The notes: generated by a model not told the origin, from the letters alone. A DNA stretch of 64,000 bases from Vulcanimicrobiota bacterium (GCA_963820825.1 CAWGBN010000008.1:512001-576000), one strand, 5' to 3'; positions 1 to 9,676 are shown, numbered from the stretch's first letter. Numbers and translations: made by a program.

Positions 1-494
1 TCTTCGCGCGCGTCAGGCGCTTTTCGACGGCGGCGTGCGTGCTGACGAAGGCCGCGGCGATCTCGCGCACGCCGAAGCCGCCGACGAACTGCAGCACGAG
101 CATCGATCTGCGCCGTTTCCGGCAAGCTGCGGATGGCAGCACGAGAACATCATCCGCAGCTGATCGTCGGGAATGCCGGTTGGATCGAAGATTTCTTCGA
201 CGGCGTTGGCGATCGTCCACTCGGTTTGCAGCAGACGGCCGAGATCGGGCGCGAAGCGTGCGCGCGGTTCGCTCGCGGCGCAAGCACGTCGAGCGCGCGA
301 TTCTTGGCCGTTTTCATCAGCCATGCCGACGGATTGTCGGGAACGCCGCGCAGCTTCCAGACCTCCAAAGCGCGGCAGAAGGCGTCTTGCACGACGTCTT
401 CTGCCAGCGCGAGGTTGTGCAATCCGAACACGCGCGTAAGCGCGGCGACCATGCGCCCCGCCTCGTGGCGGAAGAGATGGTCGCTCGGCTCCAC
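1..494 (-). CDS. ECF RNA polymerase sigma factor, ECF42-like (frameshifted, probably runs off the left edge)
   Basis: MEPSDHLFRHEAGRMVAALTR...AEDVVQDAF...PDNPSAWLMKTAKNRALD (sigma region 2) continues in another frame as ...IPDDQLRMMFSCCHP; similar to the intact paralog at 13027; lies downstream of a YCII gene. Confidence 0.85.
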
Positions 495-495
495 G

Positions 496-840
496 TTACA
501 TGTCCATCTTCATGATCGGCCGGACCTCGACGATCCCGCCCACGTTCGAGAATCGGACAGCCGCTGCGCGAGTTCCGCGGCGCGCGCTAGATTCTCGGCT
601 TCGACGAGCGTGAAACCGCCGACGAGATCCTTCGCTTCGGCGAACGGGCCGTCGGTCACGGTGCCGCCTTGTCCCGTGACCACCTTGCCCTCGTCTTCGA
701 GCGGCTGGCCGGGATCTTTCAGGTTGCCGCTGGCCGTGAGGTCCTTCATCCAGTTCAGCCACTTTTGCATGATCTGCTGGGACTCTTCGGCGTCGCGCCG
801 CGCTGGCCGCCGCGGTAGAGATAGAGAAATTCCGCCATGT
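496..840 (-). CDS. YCII/DGPF-domain protein (frameshifted)
   Basis: TVTDGPFAEAKDLVGGFTLVEA motif, C-terminal VEVRPIM in another frame; GAAGGAGG RBS upstream. Confidence 0.85.
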   Translation of the reverse strand, partial: TWRNFSISTAAASAARRRRVPADHAKVAELDEGPHGQRQPERSRPAARRRGQGGHGTRRHRDRRPVRRSEGSRRRFHARRSRESSARRGTRAAAVRFSNVGGIVEVRPIMKMDM

Positions 841-873
841 CATTGCCTCCTTCAGGGTGTTTGATGCACCCTA

Positions 874-900
874 GACGTTTGAGCGGGGCGCTTGCGGACA
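874..900 (-). promoter_or_regulatory. Putative ECF42-type promoter TGTCCG-N17-CGTC
   Basis: Same spacing as TGTCGA-N17-CGAC upstream of the second YCII/ECF42 pair; resembles the known ECF42 consensus TGTCGA...CGA/TC. Confidence 0.55.
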
Positions 901-958
901 TTTTCGCGGCTGGATTTTGCGCGGAGGCGCCGGCCGAGCGCCGTCGCGATCGAACGGA

Positions 959-1252
959 CTACGTGCCCGAGCGGTGACGGTAGACGATACGACCCTTGGT
1001 TAGGTCGTAGGGCGACATCTCGAGATCGACGCGGTCGCCGGGAAGAATCCGAATGCGGTGGCGCCGCAGCCGACCCGCGACGTGTGCGAGCACGACGTGT
1101 CCGTTGTCGAGCTCGACCGAGAACGTGGCGCTCGGGAAGACTTGCTTGACGTTTCCCGCGACCTCGAGTGCGGGCTCCTTGAGGTCCTGGGTGGCGGCTC
1201 CGGCCTTGGGCGGGCGCGGGCCGGTTTTGAAGCGTCTATTGCGGCCTGGTAT
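959..1252 (-). CDS. infA: Translation initiation factor IF-1 with a basic N-terminal extension; non-canonical (ATA) start
   Basis: Manual translation ...[78 protein letters not shown] 9 nt before ATA; absent from the ORF track. Confidence 0.93.
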   Translation of the reverse strand: MPGRNRRFKTGPRPPKAGAATQDLKEPALEVAGNVKQVFPSATFSVELDNGHVVLAHVAGRLRRHRIRILPGDRVDLEMSPYDLTKGRIVYRHRSGT

Positions 1253-1420
1253 CGGAAGATACTCCTATCGGAAGCGCGGGATGAGACGTATCATACATCT
1301 CACAAAAGCGCGGACCGCGCAACCAACCGTGCTTAACAATTGGCACGCTGCGAGGAAAGTCTCAGGCGATCTCTCGCCTGCCTGCAACGCTCTCGCGCCT
1401 TTTTGCGTTATTACCTTCGT

Positions 1421-1762
1421 ATGGATTGTACGTTTTCGCCGGTTGCGGCGCTCGCTATCACGCAGTCAAACGGACGGGTCGCCTCTGAGACGTCAGAGCC
1501 GGTCTACGGCGGATACGCCAACCCGCGCGGCGAGATCTTTCTCTTTGCTAAGGACCTGGTCTACCGCGTCAACTTCAAGACGCACGTTCTCCAGCGCCGT
1601 CCGCCGCTCAACCCGGGCGCCCAAGCGCGTTACGACGCAACCGCGGCCGGCGAGCAGTTTGAGTACGGCAATCGAACCTTCCGCCGCCTGAGCCACGAAC
1701 AGATCGCCGAGATCTGCGAAGCGAATCGCTTCAAAGTGAGCGCCGGCTCACATTACTCCTAG
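1421..1762 (+). CDS. Hypothetical protein (113 aa)
   Basis: ORF with host-like codon usage, divergent from infA; no family recognised. Confidence 0.6.
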   Translation: MDCTFSPVAALAITQSNGRVASETSEPVYGGYANPRGEIFLFAKDLVYRVNFKTHVLQRRPPLNPGAQARYDATAAGEQFEYGNRTFRRLSHEQIAEICEANRFKVSAGSHYS

Positions 1763-2755
1763 CTCATCGTAGCGAAGCAGTTTGTAGACCCCGACCGAGA
1801 CGAGCCAGCTCGCTAGGAAGAGTCCAACGATGACGAAGCCGAGCGCGCCGAAGTTTTCGTTCACCGCTCGGATCGCGTCCCACACGCCGCCGTTGAGCTG
1901 AAGCCGATCGGCAATTACGCTGGTCGCCTCGAGCATTCCGACGATCGCCGCAACGAGCACCGAGACCAGCGTAATCACCAGATTGTAGTAGAGCTTACGC
2001 ATCGGCTTGATGAAAGCCCAGCCGTAGGCGCCGACCATCACGATTCCGTCGGCGGTATCGATCAGCGACATTCCCGCGGTGAAGAGCAGCGGAAAGAGTA
2101 GGATCGCAAAGACCGGCAACCCTTTACCGGCTTCGACCGCAGCAATTCCGATCAACGCGACCTCGGTTGCGGTATCGAATCCCAGCCCGAAGAGCAGCCC
2201 CACCGGGTACATCTTCCAACTGCGGTCGACGAGTTTGAGCAACGGTCGAAAGCACCGGCCGAGCAGCCCGCGCCGATCGAGCATCGCGCCGAGGCTCGCC
2301 TCTTCGACCGATTCGCCTCGCCGCGCGCGAGCAAAGGCGGTGAAGATCTCGAGGAGCACGATGAGATTGATCGCGGCGACGATCAGCAAAAACGTCGCCG
2401 AGACCGACGTTCCAACCAGCGCTCCCGCGTGCGCGAGCGCGGGGAGCCGGCCTTTGACCAGCGCGGCGGCAACGGCGATTGCGAGCGAGAGCGCGACGAC
2501 CACCGTCGAGTGACCGAGCGAGAAGAAAAAGCCGACCCCGACGGGGCGGCGTCCCTCCTGCATGAGTTTGCGCGTGACGTTGTCGATCGCGCAGATATGG
2601 TCGGCGTCCACGGCGTGGCGCAATCCAAAGGTAAAGGCGAGCAGCGCCGTGCCCAGCAGGACCGGATGCGACCAAAAGGCGGCGAAGGCCAGCGCCCATG
2701 CGCCGATGTTGAGCGCAACCAGAACCGAGACGAGACTATAGATACGCGCGCGCAT
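1748..2755 (-). CDS. HoxN/HupN/NixA (NiCoT) nickel/cobalt permease
   Basis: GLRHAVDADHI, FFSLGHSTVV and LGFDTATE signatures; about 8 TM segments; start approximate. Confidence 0.95.
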   Translation of the reverse strand: MRARIYSLVSVLVALNIGAWALAFAAFWSHPVLLGTALLAFTFGLRHAVDADHICAIDNVTRKLMQEGRRPVGVGFFFSLGHSTVVVALSLAIAVAAALVKGRLPALAHAGALVGTSVSATFLLIVAAINLIVLLEIFTAFARARRGESVEEASLGAMLDRRGLLGRCFRPLLKLVDRSWKMYPVGLLFGLGFDTATEVALIGIAAVEAGKGLPVFAILLFPLLFTAGMSLIDTADGIVMVGAYGWAFIKPMRKLYYNLVITLVSVLVAAIVGMLEATSVIADRLQLNGGVWDAIRAVNENFGALGFVIVGLFLASWLVSVGVYKLLRYDELGVM

Positions 2756-4034
2756 CGTCGGCATAGAACGGATGGAATTGCGGGTCGGCGGCGAGTGCCG
2801 CACTTAGCCGTCGCCGAGCCTCGTCGCGCCGCCCGGCATGCCAGGCGACGATCCCGGCGTGATACTGAAGCTCGGGATCCTGCGTGCCGTAGCGGGTCGC
2901 GCGCTGCGAGTACCGGCGCGCCTCGCGCCAACGCCCCATCGCGGCGAGCACCCAGGCCATCGTATCGTCGGCATAGATTTCGTCGCCGCGCTTGGCGAGA
3001 TCGGAGCGTGCCGCGGCCAGCGCGGCGCTCAAGTGCTCCCGATGTTCGGCATAGTACATCGCGAGCAAACGATCGTTGACGCCTTGCGCGTTGAAGAGCC
3101 GCTGCTCGGCCGATATCAGCGCGTCGGTTCGCCGCGCGCCCGCTTCGTCGCCGAGCGCGCGCTGCGCGTCGGCTTCATATCCGAGCGCTTGCGGTAACGG
3201 GTAGAGCTCGGCGCTGCGCTTCGCCGCGGCCAGCGCCCGGGGCCAATCGCCATGCGCGCGGTAGAGTTTCGCTTCGAAGAGCAAGGCCTGTGCGTTGTCG
3301 GGAAAGAGCCGTAACGCTTCGCCGAACTCGCGCTCGGCCGCAGAAGCGTCGCCGGCTTCGAAGGCGAGCTGCGCCGCGCGGGTGTGATACCACGAACGCG
3401 TGTAGGCCGAGACCGCGATCAGGCGATCGATCAGCAGGGTAGCCTGCGCCATCGCGACGCGCGCGCCGGTTTGATTGCCGGTGAGCTCGTCGTAACGCGC
3501 CCGGATCGAGAGCCAAGTCGGATTGATCTCTTGCTGCACTGGGCGATCGAGAATTTGCCGCGCCTGCGAATAGTGGCCCAGCTCCATTAGGATCGAAGCC
3601 ATCTGCGCCCGGGAGCCGTCGTCGAAGGGTATCGCCGCGACGGCCTCGCGTTGCGCTTGCAACGCCTCGCCGAACCGGTGAAGGGCGAGGTCGGACGAAG
3701 CGACGACGCTAAGCGCCGCGGCGTTGCCCTGCGGCTGCAGGCGCAGCGACGCCGTCGCAACGGCGAGCGCGCGGTTGACGTCGTTGAAATCGCCCGTTTC
3801 ACGGAATCGCTGCAAGTACTCGGCGCCCAGCGTGCGCCGCGTGATCTGATCGTCGGCGTCGCGCCGCGCGAGCGCTTCGTAGAACGTGATGGTCGCGTTG
3901 CGCTGCCGATAATCCGTCGGAACCGGAGCAGTCGCCGGCGCACCGGCTTGCGCGCGATCGGCGCCGAGCCACGGCCACGCCGCCCCGACCGCGATTGCCG
4001 CCGCGATGGCGGCAATCGCACCAGACCGTCGCAT
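2736..4034 (-). CDS. Secreted TPR-repeat protein
   Basis: Signal-like N-terminus; TPR-like helical repeats (ALRLFPDNAQAL, DPELQYHAG, ALAADPQF). Confidence 0.85.
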   Translation of the reverse strand: MRRSGAIAAIAAAIAVGAAWPWLGADRAQAGAPATAPVPTDYRQRNATITFYEALARRDADDQITRRTLGAEYLQRFRETGDFNDVNRALAVATASLRLQPQGNAAALSVVASSDLALHRFGEALQAQREAVAAIPFDDGSRAQMASILMELGHYSQARQILDRPVQQEINPTWLSIRARYDELTGNQTGARVAMAQATLLIDRLIAVSAYTRSWYHTRAAQLAFEAGDASAAEREFGEALRLFPDNAQALLFEAKLYRAHGDWPRALAAAKRSAELYPLPQALGYEADAQRALGDEAGARRTDALISAEQRLFNAQGVNDRLLAMYYAEHREHLSAALAAARSDLAKRGDEIYADDTMAWVLAAMGRWREARRYSQRATRYGTQDPELQYHAGIVAWHAGRRDEARRRLSAALAADPQFHPFYADDARAYL

Positions 4035-4037
4035 CGT

Positions 4038-4634
4038 TTAGAGCGGAGTCTGGATGTACGGGAACGTCTTCGTATTCGACTTATCGTACGCGACGTTATC
4101 CGTGGTGAGGCAAGGGGCTTCTTTGTGATCGTCGGGGATGAGACCGAGCGCCGAGAGCGTGTTACCGAAGATGGCGCCGAGCGAGATGTCGATGATATCG
4201 TCGTCGAGCGCACGTCCGCCGAACTTGCTGCCGGTTGCGCCGCCGGTTTCGTATCCGAGGTAGGCCGCCTTCGCCGTGTCCTGCGAGAGATCGGCCTTCA
4301 TCACGTTTGGATAGAGCACCGCTTGCAGCGTCTCCGCAGTCTGTTTGCTGCGGAACATCATCGCAAACGATTTGATCTGCCCTTGGAGCGCCGGATCCTG
4401 GTAGGGCTCGGAGCGGTTGGTCTTGTTGTGGTCTTCGAAGAGCTCGAAGGCCTCTTTGACCGCCGGTCGCGACAAGAGTTCGATCTGCTTGTACGCTACC
4501 GGCTTTCCGGTCGTCTCACCGGCCGGCGCTTGCAGACCCGCTGGAACCAGCGGCGCCGACCTCGAGCTGCAGCCTCCGGCAACCGCGCCGGCCAACGCGA
4601 GCGCGACGAGCCCGATGATATATCGTAGTTTCAT
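4038..4634 (-). CDS. DUF4331-family lipoprotein (C-terminal-type half)
   Basis: Lipobox AGGC; QIELLSRPAV, GGRALDDDIID and FPYI motifs typical of the DUF4331 C-terminal part. Confidence 0.75.
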   Translation of the reverse strand: MKLRYIIGLVALALAGAVAGGCSSRSAPLVPAGLQAPAGETTGKPVAYKQIELLSRPAVKEAFELFEDHNKTNRSEPYQDPALQGQIKSFAMMFRSKQTAETLQAVLYPNVMKADLSQDTAKAAYLGYETGGATGSKFGGRALDDDIIDISLGAIFGNTLSALGLIPDDHKEAPCLTTDNVAYDKSNTKTFPYIQTPL

Positions 4635-4646
4635 TGTTCGAATCTC

Positions 4647-5465
4647 CTATTCCGGACCGCCGTCGGGCGTGCCGGTGGTCGCCCACAGGGCGATTACTCC
4701 GGGCGTTCCGCTAGCCGGTGCGAGCAGTTTCTTCGGCATCTCGATGACGATCGAGATAACGTCGAAGGGTTCGAGATAGTCGTGCGGCTTCTTGATCGCG
4801 CAGCCGTTCGAGCCGGCGGTTCCGTAGTCGACGCCGTTGAGGATGAGCTTCTGTTTCGCCGAGGCGAAGCGGAACGAAGTCGCGGTCGCGGGCGGCGTAT
4901 GCGGATGGTTCATGTAGTTGCGATCGGGAACGATCTTGAAGAACTGCGCGAGATCGAAGTAGAACGGGTCGCGCCGCGGTCCGACGAAGACCTTGATGCC
5001 GTTCTTGAGCTTGGCGACCGAGCCGAAATCGAACGTTCCGGTCTTGGAAACGATCGTGTTCGTCGTTCCGACCTCGTTCGGCGCGGCCGGGCCGTAGAGC
5101 GTGACGTGCTGAGACGTTCCCGCCGAATCGGCGGCGAACTGAAAGACGGTATCCTCTTTGATCGAGTTCGAAGCGACGCCGCTCGTTGCGATCTTGAGTT
5201 GATAGAGCACGTTTGGATCGAGTGCGATCCCTCCGGTCATCCCTTGCGGAATGAGCGGACGTACGTCCATCGCCAGCGCGACACGCGACGCGTCGTGCGG
5301 ATCGGGAAAGGCATAGACGTCGGTGATGTCGGCGAGTGGGTTTTTGACGACCGTCGGCGAGTCTTGGTGGTCGGATCCTCGCGCCGCCTTAAACGAGTAG
5401 AGCGAGATCGAGAACGCGAGCAGAAAGACCGCCGCCATCGTCCCGATGGAACGAAGCAGTTTCAT
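4647..5465 (-). CDS. DUF4331-family secreted protein (N-terminal-type half)
   Basis: SDHQDSP...ADITDVYAF and FVGPRRDPFYFDL motifs; AAGGAG RBS; ATGA overlap with the upstream gene. Confidence 0.85.
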   Translation of the reverse strand: MKLLRSIGTMAAVFLLAFSISLYSFKAARGSDHQDSPTVVKNPLADITDVYAFPDPHDASRVALAMDVRPLIPQGMTGGIALDPNVLYQLKIATSGVASNSIKEDTVFQFAADSAGTSQHVTLYGPAAPNEVGTTNTIVSKTGTFDFGSVAKLKNGIKVFVGPRRDPFYFDLAQFFKIVPDRNYMNHPHTPPATATSFRFASAKQKLILNGVDYGTAGSNGCAIKKPHDYLEPFDVISIVIEMPKKLLAPASGTPGVIALWATTGTPDGGPE

Positions 5466-6946
5466 GTGGTCTCCTTGATGATCAGCGTGCGGTGCGCGGA
5501 CCGCGTGGTGAGGAAAACCGGGAAGACGGCTGCCGCCGCAACGGCGAACAGCACCGATACGACCGCAGCGAGCGGCGCGATCGACAGACCCTCGGCGCGC
5601 ACGCCTTGGGCGAGCATCACCGCGCCGACGATCGCGATGACGCCGCCGGTGAGAAAGGGCGCGACGCGCGCAACCCGCGCAAAGAGCGTCTGCCGACCGA
5701 GCCACGCCGCGCCGTGCACGACCGCGAGGCCGATCGCGCCGAGCACCGTCGCCAAGCCGAGACTGAAGACGACAATCAGCGCGAGTCCGTAGCCGACGCG
5801 ATGCAGGTGCAGCGCGGTGAGCAAGACGACGATCGCGGCCGGACAGGGGGCGATGCCGCCGCTCATCGCCGCGACGACCGCGCTGCGAAAGTGTAGCGGC
5901 TGCGAGCCCGGCAGTGCATGCGAGTGCGGGCGAGCGTGATGGTGACGGTGTTGATGGCGATGCGCGACGAGATGCCCCAACGCGCTCGAGAGCGCGCGCG
6001 CCGCGATGAAGGCAATGGCGGCGCCCGAGATCAGCGTGATCCACGTGAAGAGCCGCTCGGTCGCGAAACCGGCAGCGACGCAGAGCAGCAGGCCGATCAG
6101 AACGACCGCCGCCGTGTGCGCGACGGTAAGCGCGGCGGCGAGAATCAGCGCTTGCCTAAACGTCGCACGCGCACCGACGAGGGTGAAGGCCAAGAGCGCC
6201 TTACCATGTCCGGGCTCGAGTCCGTGCAGTGCTCCCAGCCCGAAGGCTGCAAGGATCGTGAAGACGATCCACCACGGCGTCTGCCCGTCGCGTGCGAGGA
6301 GATCGGAGAGCGCCGACGCTCGCACGATCGAGCTGGGGCCCCATCCGGAGTCGTCGCCCCCGCCGATGCGAGCGTGCGCGATTTTGCCATTGACGACGTT
6401 GAACGTCGCCGTATCGTTTTGGCGCGGCGAACCGACGAGCGCGTTTGGATAGGAGCGCAGCGCGTCGGTTGGATCGGTCGTGCCGGGCAGAACGACATCT
6501 TTCCAACCGATTCGCCGGTCGGCATAGACGGCGTCGCGAACGGCAACGGCTGCCGTCGGAGGCAACGGTGCGGTGTAATCGCCGGTCCAATAGAGAATCG
6601 GCAAGCCTCCCGCGCCCGGTCGCGTCTGCGCTGCCGTGCGCTCGAGATGAAGCGGCAGCGCAACGCCGTTTGCTTCAATCTCGAGTCCGCCGGCGACGAG
6701 TGCGCTCTCGCCGTTCGCCCAATCGCGCATTCGCGCCGGCGACCAGGTTCCGGCCGCATGCATGATTTGAAAGGTCGGAATCTCGGCGATATCGAGCACG
6801 TAGTGAATGCGGAGCTCCGTCGTCTTCGCATCGATGCGCGCGAGGTGATTGATCGTAAAGTTACCCAGAGGGTGGGCGGCGGCACTGCCGGCTCCCAGTA
6901 GCGACAAGCACACCGCCCACGAGATACACGCCGCAGCGCGCGTCAC
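5462..6946 (-). CDS. RcnA-like Ni/Co transporter with N-terminal extracytoplasmic domain
   Basis: Signal peptide then HPLGNFTINH; LHGLEPGHGK, His-rich loop HRHQHRHHH, GGIAPCPAA. Confidence 0.85.
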   Translation of the reverse strand: MTRAAACISWAVCLSLLGAGSAAAHPLGNFTINHLARIDAKTTELRIHYVLDIAEIPTFQIMHAAGTWSPARMRDWANGESALVAGGLEIEANGVALPLHLERTAAQTRPGAGGLPILYWTGDYTAPLPPTAAVAVRDAVYADRRIGWKDVVLPGTTDPTDALRSYPNALVGSPRQNDTATFNVVNGKIAHARIGGGDDSGWGPSSIVRASALSDLLARDGQTPWWIVFTILAAFGLGALHGLEPGHGKALLAFTLVGARATFRQALILAAALTVAHTAAVVLIGLLLCVAAGFATERLFTWITLISGAAIAFIAARALSSALGHLVAHRHQHRHHHARPHSHALPGSQPLHFRSAVVAAMSGGIAPCPAAIVVLLTALHLHRVGYGLALIVVFSLGLATVLGAIGLAVVHGAAWLGRQTLFARVARVAPFLTGGVIAIVGAVMLAQGVRAEGLSIAPLAAVVSVLFAVAAAAVFPVFLTTRSAHRTLIIKETT

Positions 6947-6983
6947 GTTTCGAAGCTCCTTTCTCCATTTTCGTCTTCGCTCT

Positions 6984-7009
6984 AACGGCGGAGAGAGGCG
7001 CTTGGATTG
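6984..7009 (-). promoter_or_regulatory. Possible SigK-like ECF promoter CAATCC-N15-CCGTT for the DUF4331/Ni operon
   Basis: Resembles the mycobacterial SigK consensus CCATCC-N15-CCGAA; just upstream of an AAAGGAG RBS. Confidence 0.3.
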
Positions 7010-7036
7010 GGGTCGGCGAGATTTTTTTTTGGGCGG

Positions 7037-7798
7037 CTACGGTTTTGCGGCGAGCGAGTCGCTCTGCAGTTGAAGCGTCGTCTGCGATTTCACGGTCTGG
7101 TATTGATTCGCGCGTTCGCTGCGTTCGGTCGAATCTTCGGCGATCGAGAGCGGCAGCGTCTTGCTCACGTCGTAACCGATCGTTGCCGATACCTCGCGCG
7201 TGTACGCTCGCGCGCCCGTTCCGTTCACCGTACGCGTTTCGACGATCTTGAGGATGCCGCCGGCATTCTGGACGATCGAAAAGTCCGAGGCCGTGGTAAA
7301 ATCGGGCGCACTCTCGGCAACGTGCCAGTGCTGCTTGGGGTCGATCTGCGTTGGATCGACGAAGGTGGGCCCGAGCAGTCGCACCAGCGCGAGCTCCTCG
7401 GCGGTCACCTTGGCATTCGGATCGCAGATCACGTTCGTATTGCCGAAGACGACGCAGGTCGCGGGCGGGGCAGAGCGCGAGCCTTGAGCCTGCTCGCTGA
7501 CGCTCACTACCAATCCGCGATCGGGCTGCTCGTGGATCACGTCGACCGCAATCGTTCCTTTATCTTGCGTACCGCCGCCAAAGTCGCTCATTCCTGAGCC
7601 CGAGGTGCCGCCGCTCTCGGTCATTCCGGAGTTCTGCATCTGCAGATCGGTCGTCGTTCCCCACGTAAACGCGTAGACGAGATGGCGCTGCGGCTTCGCC
7701 GCCTGAGCGAACGTCTCGAGCGGGACGAAGAGTGCAAGAATGAACGCAGCCAAACACGAGCTCACTCGCACGCCGGTCATTTTAGTTGCGCGCGCCAT
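7037..7798 (-). CDS. Hypothetical secreted protein
   Basis: Signal peptide (LAAFILALFVPLETFAQA); beta-rich body; GAGGA RBS. Confidence 0.75.
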   Translation of the reverse strand: MARATKMTGVRVSSCLAAFILALFVPLETFAQAAKPQRHLVYAFTWGTTTDLQMQNSGMTESGGTSGSGMSDFGGGTQDKGTIAVDVIHEQPDRGLVVSVSEQAQGSRSAPPATCVVFGNTNVICDPNAKVTAEELALVRLLGPTFVDPTQIDPKQHWHVAESAPDFTTASDFSIVQNAGGILKIVETRTVNGTGARAYTREVSATIGYDVSKTLPLSIAEDSTERSERANQYQTVKSQTTLQLQSDSLAAKP

Positions 7799-7886
7799 GA
7801 TATCCTCGACCGCAGTGAAGCGCCGCATTACGTCGAAAGCCGCACGCCATGATGCGACCGCTTTGTAGCCTGCGCTAGCTCCGCCC

Positions 7887-8321
7887 ATGGAACCACTCGA
7901 TCTTCGAACGAAGCCGCCGCGGAGTTGCCACGCCGAGCTCGACGGGCTGATGCTCATGCCGCGGACGATCGACAAGCTGCGCGCGCAGCTTCCCGGCGGA
8001 GATCCGGGAGTCTACTTCATCAACGGCCCCATCAAGGGCATCTCGGGATATCTGCTCGACCGTTTGGGCGTTGGCGAAGCCGAACTCCGCGAAGCGGTCG
8101 CCGCGGCCGCGAGCGAAGACGACGTCGCGGCGTGGCTGCGCCGGCACACCGATGCTGCGCAGTATCCGGCGATCAATGCGACCTTACGGCGCATCAAACC
8201 CAAGCACGCCGAAGACGAGACCTACTTTCGCAGCGAGTACGCCGCTACGATGGCGGCGCGTCCGGATCTGGAGTTCATCATCGACATCGTCGACGCCGAC
8301 GACGAGCGGATCTTCGGCTAG
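7887..8321 (+). CDS. DUF5069-like protein
   Basis: DLRTKPPRS...LPRxIDKxRA-type N-terminal motif. Confidence 0.7.
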   Translation: MEPLDLRTKPPRSCHAELDGLMLMPRTIDKLRAQLPGGDPGVYFINGPIKGISGYLLDRLGVGEAELREAVAAAASEDDVAAWLRRHTDAAQYPAINATLRRIKPKHAEDETYFRSEYAATMAARPDLEFIIDIVDADDERIFG

Positions 8322-8899
8322 GCGTTGGGACAGGCGTGGACCCGGTGCGGCCGCACGTCGGAGTCCCACAAGCGTTTCGTCCAGCAGTCGCCCAGCAGCG
8401 AACAGTAGCACAGGCTGAGATCGATCCGGCGGATGTCGGCGATCACCCGGCGCGCGATGAACTTTCCACGAACGCTCAGGAGCATCAGTTTGGTGCCGGA
8501 TGGGATGACGTCGCCGGGGACGATGGTGCTCACGCTCATCGACAATGCGCCGTGGGTATGTGACCTCGCCGCATCGGTCCGCGCCTCACGCATGTCGGGA
8601 TCGATTGCGACCTGCAGCGCCGGCTGAGTCGTCGGGGTGGCGGGCAGCGCGAGCGGTTTGCCGTCGCGAGTCACCAGCGAAGTGTAGACGAGCGCGGGCC
8701 CGATTCCCGGGTTGCTGACGTCGAGTTCGAAGCTCTCGGGCGAACTCGTCGTGATGTAGGTCAGGTAGGGCCAGACGGTCGCGCTGAATTGGCTGCGGAT
8801 CACGTAGGTTTGATATGCCGACGAAGCTGCGGCGACGCCGCTGATGAGCAGCGCCAGAAGGGCGATCATCAAGTCGAACCGGAAGCGCTTCTCCTCCAC
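8318..8899 (-). CDS. Hypothetical membrane-anchored protein
   Basis: N-terminal TM segment, ATVWPYL, C-terminal CYCSLLGDCW. Confidence 0.75.
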   Translation of the reverse strand: MEEKRFRFDLMIALLALLISGVAAASSAYQTYVIRSQFSATVWPYLTYITTSSPESFELDVSNPGIGPALVYTSLVTRDGKPLALPATPTTQPALQVAIDPDMREARTDAARSHTHGALSMSVSTIVPGDVIPSGTKLMLLSVRGKFIARRVIADIRRIDLSLCYCSLLGDCWTKRLWDSDVRPHRVHACPNA

Positions 8900-8927
8900 G
8901 CCGCAAGTCTTCTCGCTCCGCGCCCTC

Positions 8928-8970
8928 TGTCATCCTGAGCGAAGGTGCGAAGCAGCGGAAGCTGAAGAGG
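8928..8970 (+). repeat. REP-like palindromic repeat
   Basis: TGTCATCCTGAGCGAAGGTGCGAAGCAGCGGAAGCTGAAGAGG. Confidence 0.75.
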
Positions 8971-9011
8971 CCGCAGTTAGCGGCCTCTTCACGATGCTGC
9001 GAGATTCTTAC

Positions 9012-9449
9012 TTACGGCCCGTAAACGATCTCGAGCATCTTGTCGTAGGGCTTGTACTGGTCGGTGATTACCTGGGGGCAGCGTTTGCAAATCGCTGCAC
9101 CTTCCTGCCTGAACCAACGACAGTCGCGTCTGATTGGGCAAGGGGGCAGATCCTCAGTCACCGGATCGAGCAGTTTTGTACCACGCGCGGCCAGTTGGCA
9201 AGCGCCGCTTTCAAAGTGTACGCAGGCTTCGGCACGACAAGGCGAAGCGAAGCGAAACACCTCCGACGGGCGAACGGGATCCGCCATTGCGAGTAGATCT
9301 ACAGTGACGGGAAGCACCGCTTCGGTCGGTACCACTCTGGGCGCTTCGGGGCTGCCCGTTACTACCCCGATCAACACAGCCTCACCGATAGTCGGGGGCG
9401 CACTCGGGCAGAGGATCGGATTGGAACTTCGTTCGTTACACTTAGCCAT
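9012..9449 (-). CDS. Cys-rich hypothetical protein (9 Cys, probable metal or Fe-S binding)
   Basis: LCPSA...CX4CXHX5C...CX5CX10CX2C. Confidence 0.8.
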   Translation of the reverse strand: MAKCNERSSNPILCPSAPPTIGEAVLIGVVTGSPEAPRVVPTEAVLPVTVDLLAMADPVRPSEVFRFASPCRAEACVHFESGACQLAARGTKLLDPVTEDLPPCPIRRDCRWFRQEGAAICKRCPQVITDQYKPYDKMLEIVYGP

Positions 9450-9454
9450 GGCCT

Positions 9455-9676
9455 TTAGCCTTGTGCGTGCTCTTCCATAGCGCCGGCCCGCATGGCTCCG
9501 CTTTCGTCCGCCTCCAGCGTAACGCGGAATAGCGTACCAAACTCCCCGTTTACCGGTATCCCGCAGATGATGTGAATCGGCCCCCGGTAGAGTGGGTCGC
9601 GTGCCCGCAATGCGATGGCCACGCCTTCGGCCGCAGCCCTTGCGACTTCATCGGCCTTCAATGGTTTCGTCGACAT
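9455..9676 (-). CDS. Small hypothetical protein (73 aa), co-transcribed with the Cys-rich gene
   Basis: AAGGAG RBS; 5-nt gap to the next gene; AAAEGVAIALRAR...PIHIICGIP. Confidence 0.7.
   Translation of the reverse strand: MSTKPLKADEVARAAAEGVAIALRARDPLYRGPIHIICGIPVNGEFGTLFRVTLEADESGAMRAGAMEEHAQG

Noticed and set aside
1287..1297. NikR-like half-site (GTATGA/TCATAC) upstream of infA
   Set aside because: No partner half-site at the 16-bp spacing; more simply a -10 box (TATGAT).
7022..7030. T9 tract as a terminator or phase-variation site
   Set aside because: No convincing adjacent stem, and it reads as A9 on the transcribed strand; it may be an UP-like element but this is unsupported.
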